A stretch of 64,000 nt of DNA from positions 113,900 to 177,899 of the forward strand of contig JBAXWY010000001.1 of NCBI GenBank assembly GCA_037128175.1, read 5' to 3'. Source of the stretch: Methanothrix sp. (GTDB taxonomy: Archaea > Halobacteriota > Methanosarcinia > Methanotrichales > Methanotrichaceae). Positions within the stretch are counted from its first letter, which is position 1. The number at the start of each line of letters is the position of its first letter. Below the pieces are notes generated by a model, which was not told the origin of the DNA, searched no databases, and worked only from the letters and a program-made list of their open reading frames with translations. Positions 59,982-64,000 of the stretch are shown one piece after another. The translations under genes and the position numbers were made by a program.

Positions 59982-62774
59982 ATGTCTAAGAGATCTGTAG
60001 ATAAGGGTGACAGTGGCAAAAAAACCACGGTGAAGCCCAACGAGGCTAAGCCGCGGGAGGCCTCGTCCGTCCCCCTGGAAAAGAAGGCCAATGCTGCGGC
60101 CAAGACCGGCATTTGGCAGAATAGCGATTTATATTTATACGCAGGATTGGTTGTGGCGGCACTTTTCTCATTTTATCTGCGCGCCATTGTTCCCTGGGAC
60201 CGAGTCTTTTCGGGCAACAACGTCATCTTCAGCAGCGAGACCGATGCCTGGTATCACATGATGCTGGCCAAAGGCACTGTGATCAACCTGCAGAGATTAT
60301 GGTTTGATCCCATGACTTATTTCCCGCATGGAACGCCGCTGCACTTCGGTCCTTTCGTGAGCTGGGCCATTACCATATTCTCCTACATATTCGGACTGGG
60401 CCAGCCCAGCGAACATCTGATTGAGGTTGTAGGCGCCTTCTTGCCTGCCGTCCTTGGTGCACTCCTGGTCTTCCCGGTCTACTTCATCGGAAGGGAGCTA
60501 TGCGGCAAGAGCTGCGGCCTGGTTTCGGCACTGATCATAGCCGTGCTTCCCGGCCAGGTCTTAAGTCGCACCACCTTAGGTTTTACAGATCACCACGCAG
60601 GCGAGATTCTTTTTAGCAGCCTCACAATGATGTTCCTGTTACTTGCTCTTCGCTCCGGCAAGAGCATGAGCTTTGCGGCTATGCAGAGGAACTGGTCCGC
60701 ATTTAAGATGCCACTCCTCTATTCTGCTCTGGCCGGCGTTTCCCTTGGTCTTTACATCGATGCCTGGTCATCCGGATTTCTCTTTGAGGGAATAATTCTG
60801 CTCTTCATCATGTTACAGAGCATCTTTGACCACATCCGGAGAAAGAACGTGGAATACCTGGGGATTTCCGGCGCAATAACTTTCCTCGTGGCCACGCTGC
60901 TGGTGCTCCCCTTCGTCGATTCCTATTACGGCTTCAACCATTACCTCTACAGCCTCTTCCAGCCCACCATACTTCTCCTGGGCGTGGTTGCTGTCATCTT
61001 CTTCTCTCTCATGTCCAAGTTCATCCGAGAAAAGGGATTCAGCAGCTACTACTATCCAGGTGCATTGGTGGGATTGGCGGCCGTAGGAACGACCATACTT
61101 TACTTTGCCCTTCCTCAGTTCACCAAGCCGCTCCTGGTCGGTCTGAGTATATTTCAGCAGAAGACAGGCGGCGCTGCAACGGTTGGTGAGGCATCGGCAT
61201 TGCTATCCAGCGGGGGGCAGTTCTCCTTTGCCAGTGTCATTACATCGTTTCCCGGCATAGGCTACAGTCCCGATCCGACAGCAGTCTTCCGCCTGCCCGA
61301 GACCCTTGCTATCTTGTTTACCACTTTCACATTAGCCCTGATAGCGTTGATCTTGCTCATCAGCAGAAATATCAAGTTCCCAAAGCCCGCTGAAATATTG
61401 ATCTTAACCTGGTCTTTGGTCATCCTCACCATGGCTCTCGCCCAGAATAGATTCACCTATTATTACGCGATAAACGTAGCCATTCTCACCGGATTTTTGG
61501 TAACCTGGCTACTGCAAAGGTTTAGCATCACAAATCTGGACCTGGATGTGGTCAAGGGTCCGGCCAAGCTGATCACCTCAAATCTCAAGATCATCCTGGC
61601 GGCAATTTTGATATTTTCGTTTATCATCTTGCCTAGTATCAGCTGGAGCATAGTCTACGCTCAAAGCGCCGGCGGCCCGGATTCTGATTGGCTGACCTCA
61701 ACGGCATGGCTGCAAAACAATACGCCAGAGCCCGGTATGGACCTTTATGAGAAATATGTGCGGCCCTCCGGCGGCAAGTATGCCTACCCGGATACGGCTT
61801 ACGGTATTATGTCCTGGTGGGATTACGGACACCTCATTGAATATGTGGGCCATAGGATTCCCAATGCCAATCCTTTCCAGCAGGGAATTGGCAGCGTCAC
61901 CAATAATGTTCCCGGCTCATCGCCCTTCTTCTTAGCTGAGAATGAGAGTCAAGCGGAAAAGGTGCTGTCAGGCCTTGATCTAAACCGTTCGCAATATATG
62001 AACACCAAGTATGTGATGATCGATCAGCCCATGGCGGTAGGCAAGTTCCATGCCATGGCAGCCTGGAGCAACATTCCCACTTCCAAGTACATGGCAGGAG
62101 TCTACCAGCAGCAAGGCGAAAGTTGGGTGCCGGTGCAGATCTGGCGCGAGTCTTATTTCAAGTCCATGGCGGCTCGCATGTACTTCTTCGACGGAACCGA
62201 GACCGCCGGAGATATGGGTGTGGGACTGGCCTATCGCGCCAGGGACGCAGGAAATGGAGTTACGGTTCCCGTGCTTACCGAGGCTCCCATGATCACCAAG
62301 AATCGCACTGATCTGGATGCATTCATCAACGAGAGCCGAAATAAGGGGGACAATGCCGAGATCGCCGCCATGAGCCCGGCCAACTCTGCCTTCCCGCTCG
62401 ATGCTCTGCAGCATTACCGTCTGGTGCATGAGTCCGAGAATACCATAACCGCAGGTCAAAAGTTCGTCAAGATCTTCGAGCATGTGCCGGGCGCGGTAAT
62501 AAGCGGAAAATCGCCGGCTGGAACTAAAGTAATAGCCGCAGTTCCCATAATGACCAATCAGAACCGGGCTTTCCTCTACCAGCAGTCCAACACCAGTGAT
62601 TCCGAAGGGCGGTTCACTCTGGTGCTACCTTACTCCACAGAAGGTTCAATTGATGGCGGCACTAATTTCGATACCAAGCCGATGAGTGCCTACCAGTTGT
62701 CTGTGGGTGACAAGACCTACGAACTGAAGGTGCCTGAGGAGTACGTCCTCTCCGGAGCTGTTATCACCATATGA
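59982..62774 (+). CDS. aglB: Oligosaccharyltransferase AglB (STT3)
   Basis: TDAWYH, GFTDHH, TVGE, QNRF-YY, SWWDYGH, ANPFQ. Confidence 0.95.
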   Translation: MSKRSVDKGDSGKKTTVKPNEAKPREASSVPLEKKANAAAKTGIWQNSDLYLYAGLVVAALFSFYLRAIVPWDRVFSGNNVIFSSETDAWYHMMLAKGTVINLQRLWFDPMTYFPHGTPLHFGPFVSWAITIFSYIFGLGQPSEHLIEVVGAFLPAVLGALLVFPVYFIGRELCGKSCGLVSALIIAVLPGQVLSRTTLGFTDHHAGEILFSSLTMMFLLLALRSGKSMSFAAMQRNWSAFKMPLLYSALAGVSLGLYIDAWSSGFLFEGIILLFIMLQSIFDHIRRKNVEYLGISGAITFLVATLLVLPFVDSYYGFNHYLYSLFQPTILLLGVVAVIFFSLMSKFIREKGFSSYYYPGALVGLAAVGTTILYFALPQFTKPLLVGLSIFQQKTGGAATVGEASALLSSGGQFSFASVITSFPGIGYSPDPTAVFRLPETLAILFTTFTLALIALILLISRNIKFPKPAEILILTWSLVILTMALAQNRFTYYYAINVAILTGFLVTWLLQRFSITNLDLDVVKGPAKLITSNLKIILAAILIFSFIILPSISWSIVYAQSAGGPDSDWLTSTAWLQNNTPEPGMDLYEKYVRPSGGKYAYPDTAYGIMSWWDYGHLIEYVGHRIPNANPFQQGIGSVTNNVPGSSPFFLAENESQAEKVLSGLDLNRSQYMNTKYVMIDQPMAVGKFHAMAAWSNIPTSKYMAGVYQQQGESWVPVQIWRESYFKSMAARMYFFDGTETAGDMGVGLAYRARDAGNGVTVPVLTEAPMITKNRTDLDAFINESRNKGDNAEIAAMSPANSAFPLDALQHYRLVHESENTITAGQKFVKIFEHVPGAVISGKSPAGTKVIAAVPIMTNQNRAFLYQQSNTSDSEGRFTLVLPYSTEGSIDGGTNFDTKPMSAYQLSVGDKTYELKVPEEYVLSGAVITI

Positions 62775-63490
62775 AGCTCCTGGAGGAGATGAGCTGGCCA
62801 GAGATCGCTACAGGCCTTAAGGAGACGCAAACGGTGATCTTGCCCGTGGGAGCAACCGAGGAGCATGGGCCACATCTGCCCACGATGACGGATACCATCC
62901 AGGCCATGGAGGTGGCGCGCGTTGTGGCAAAAGAGCGCCAAGTCTTCCTGGCCCCGCCCCTTCATTACGGAGTCTGTCGCAGCACGCGGGGCTTTCCCGG
63001 CACCATCACCGTGGGGCACGATGCCCTGCGTGCCTTCGCCAAGGACCTGCTGACCTCATTTGCCGATAGCGGCTTTGCCAGGGTGATGATTCTGACGGGC
63101 CACGCGGGAGGGCTGCACATGGCAGCTCTTGAAGAGGCCTGTCAGATGGCAGTGGAAGAGCGCGATTTCCGGTTAAGCCTGGTGTCTTTATTCGATCTGA
63201 TCGATGCAGGGTCGGTTGAAACCCCTCACGACGGGCATGCCGGGGAGATGGAGACCTCGCTCATGATGAATATTCGTCCTGACCTGGTCAAGGGAAAGCC
63301 GGCTCTGCATTTTCCGAAAAGGCCGCAGTTCCTGATCATGAAGGATGTGCGTCACCTTATGGGAAACGGCATCATGGGCAATCCCGAGCCGGCAACGCTG
63401 GAGAAAGGAAATCAGTTCTTCCAGATGGCTGTGACTGGTGTCATGAGGGCCCTGGATGAGCTGGAGAGCGATGTCTGGACAAAGAAGTGA
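62771..63490 (+). CDS. Creatininase-family amidohydrolase
   Basis: GATEEHGPHLP--TD, GHAGG, HAGEMETS; ATGA overlap with aglB. Confidence 0.9.
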   Translation: MKLLEEMSWPEIATGLKETQTVILPVGATEEHGPHLPTMTDTIQAMEVARVVAKERQVFLAPPLHYGVCRSTRGFPGTITVGHDALRAFAKDLLTSFADSGFARVMILTGHAGGLHMAALEEACQMAVEERDFRLSLVSLFDLIDAGSVETPHDGHAGEMETSLMMNIRPDLVKGKPALHFPKRPQFLIMKDVRHLMGNGIMGNPEPATLEKGNQFFQMAVTGVMRALDELESDVWTKK

Positions 63491-63544
63491 TAAGTGATCC
63501 TGCTTAGCGACTCGTCTCTTTTTTTTCTTCTTGGTTCCTCGTTG

Positions 63545-63646
63545 TTTCGAGTGGGTAATAGAATAATCGAGTCCTCTGTGAGTCCTTCGTGCGCTCTCGG
63601 GTCTCTGTGGTGGTAGTATCGTCGGCCACTTGGTTATAACCAGCGG
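63545..63646 (-). repeat. Second copy of the CACAGAG-type intergenic repeat
   Basis: Reverse complement ccgctggttataaccaagtgg...accacagagacccgagagcgcacgaaggactcacagag...ttctattacccactcg. Confidence 0.8.
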
Positions 63647-63814
63647 CTAACGACGTTTCCACCACAGAAAAACGACCATGACTTTAGGTCACCCATGTGG
63701 ATGAAAATGGACGTAAGCCATATTTATGAGTATCTCGTTTATTCAATTATGAGACGGGATAATTAGGTCGTCTGTATTTGGCGGTTTATAAACCCCGACA
63801 GAGAAACTGTGTTT

Positions 63815-64000
63815 TCGCCGGTCCACCTCTCTAGGGGTGTTGGTACGTTTCCAGCGGACAACTTCATCTTTGACGCTGTTGTATCCGATTTTATGGCAGT
63901 CCTTGACGAGCAGCTCCCAGATTCGTTTGGCAGTGAGTCGCTGTTTTCGGGGATATGCTCAGTTCGCGGGCTACTTTTTTGTAGGAACCATAGAGTTCGT
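63815..64000 (-). pseudogene. IS21-family IstA transposase remnant (internally deleted and frameshifted; continues beyond window)
   Basis: ELYGSYKKVARELSISP (HTH), then in another frame PRKQRLTAKRIWELL...GYNSVKDEV...REV. Confidence 0.7.

Overview
Archaeal methanogen DNA, most consistent with Methanothrix (Methanosaeta). This inference rests on the stand-alone mcrC, aglB, rps8e, taw1, elp3, split kae1/bud32, methanogen beta-propeller surface protein and box C/D intron-containing tRNA-Trp. Most of the window is core housekeeping: purD/purN, glnA, amtB-glnK, hisG, pdxST, pgk, apgM, tRNA/translation modification genes and 5 tRNAs. Notable accessory signals: (1) an AT-rich island at ~780-5480 with a membrane protein + wHTH regulator pair, three promoters sharing a TTTGTGTCA box directly upstream of TATA, covarying leader hairpins and scrambled paralog remnants; (2) a non-autonomous IS200/IS605 mini-element keeping both ends, a promoter and a TnpB-tail/omegaRNA-like scaffold, plus two further right-end copies, all abutting 3' ends of convergent genes; (3) three pentapeptide-repeat/two-helix pore proteins with three different non-canonical filters, two with signal peptides; (4) a tightly packed cluster of five CBS-domain genes coupled to an RNA ligase; (5) a candidate anti-SD-bearing sRNA; (6) octamer-periodic REP-like repeats and an IS21 remnant. 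No CRISPR array or rRNA was seen. All calls come from reading the sequence; no database search was run.
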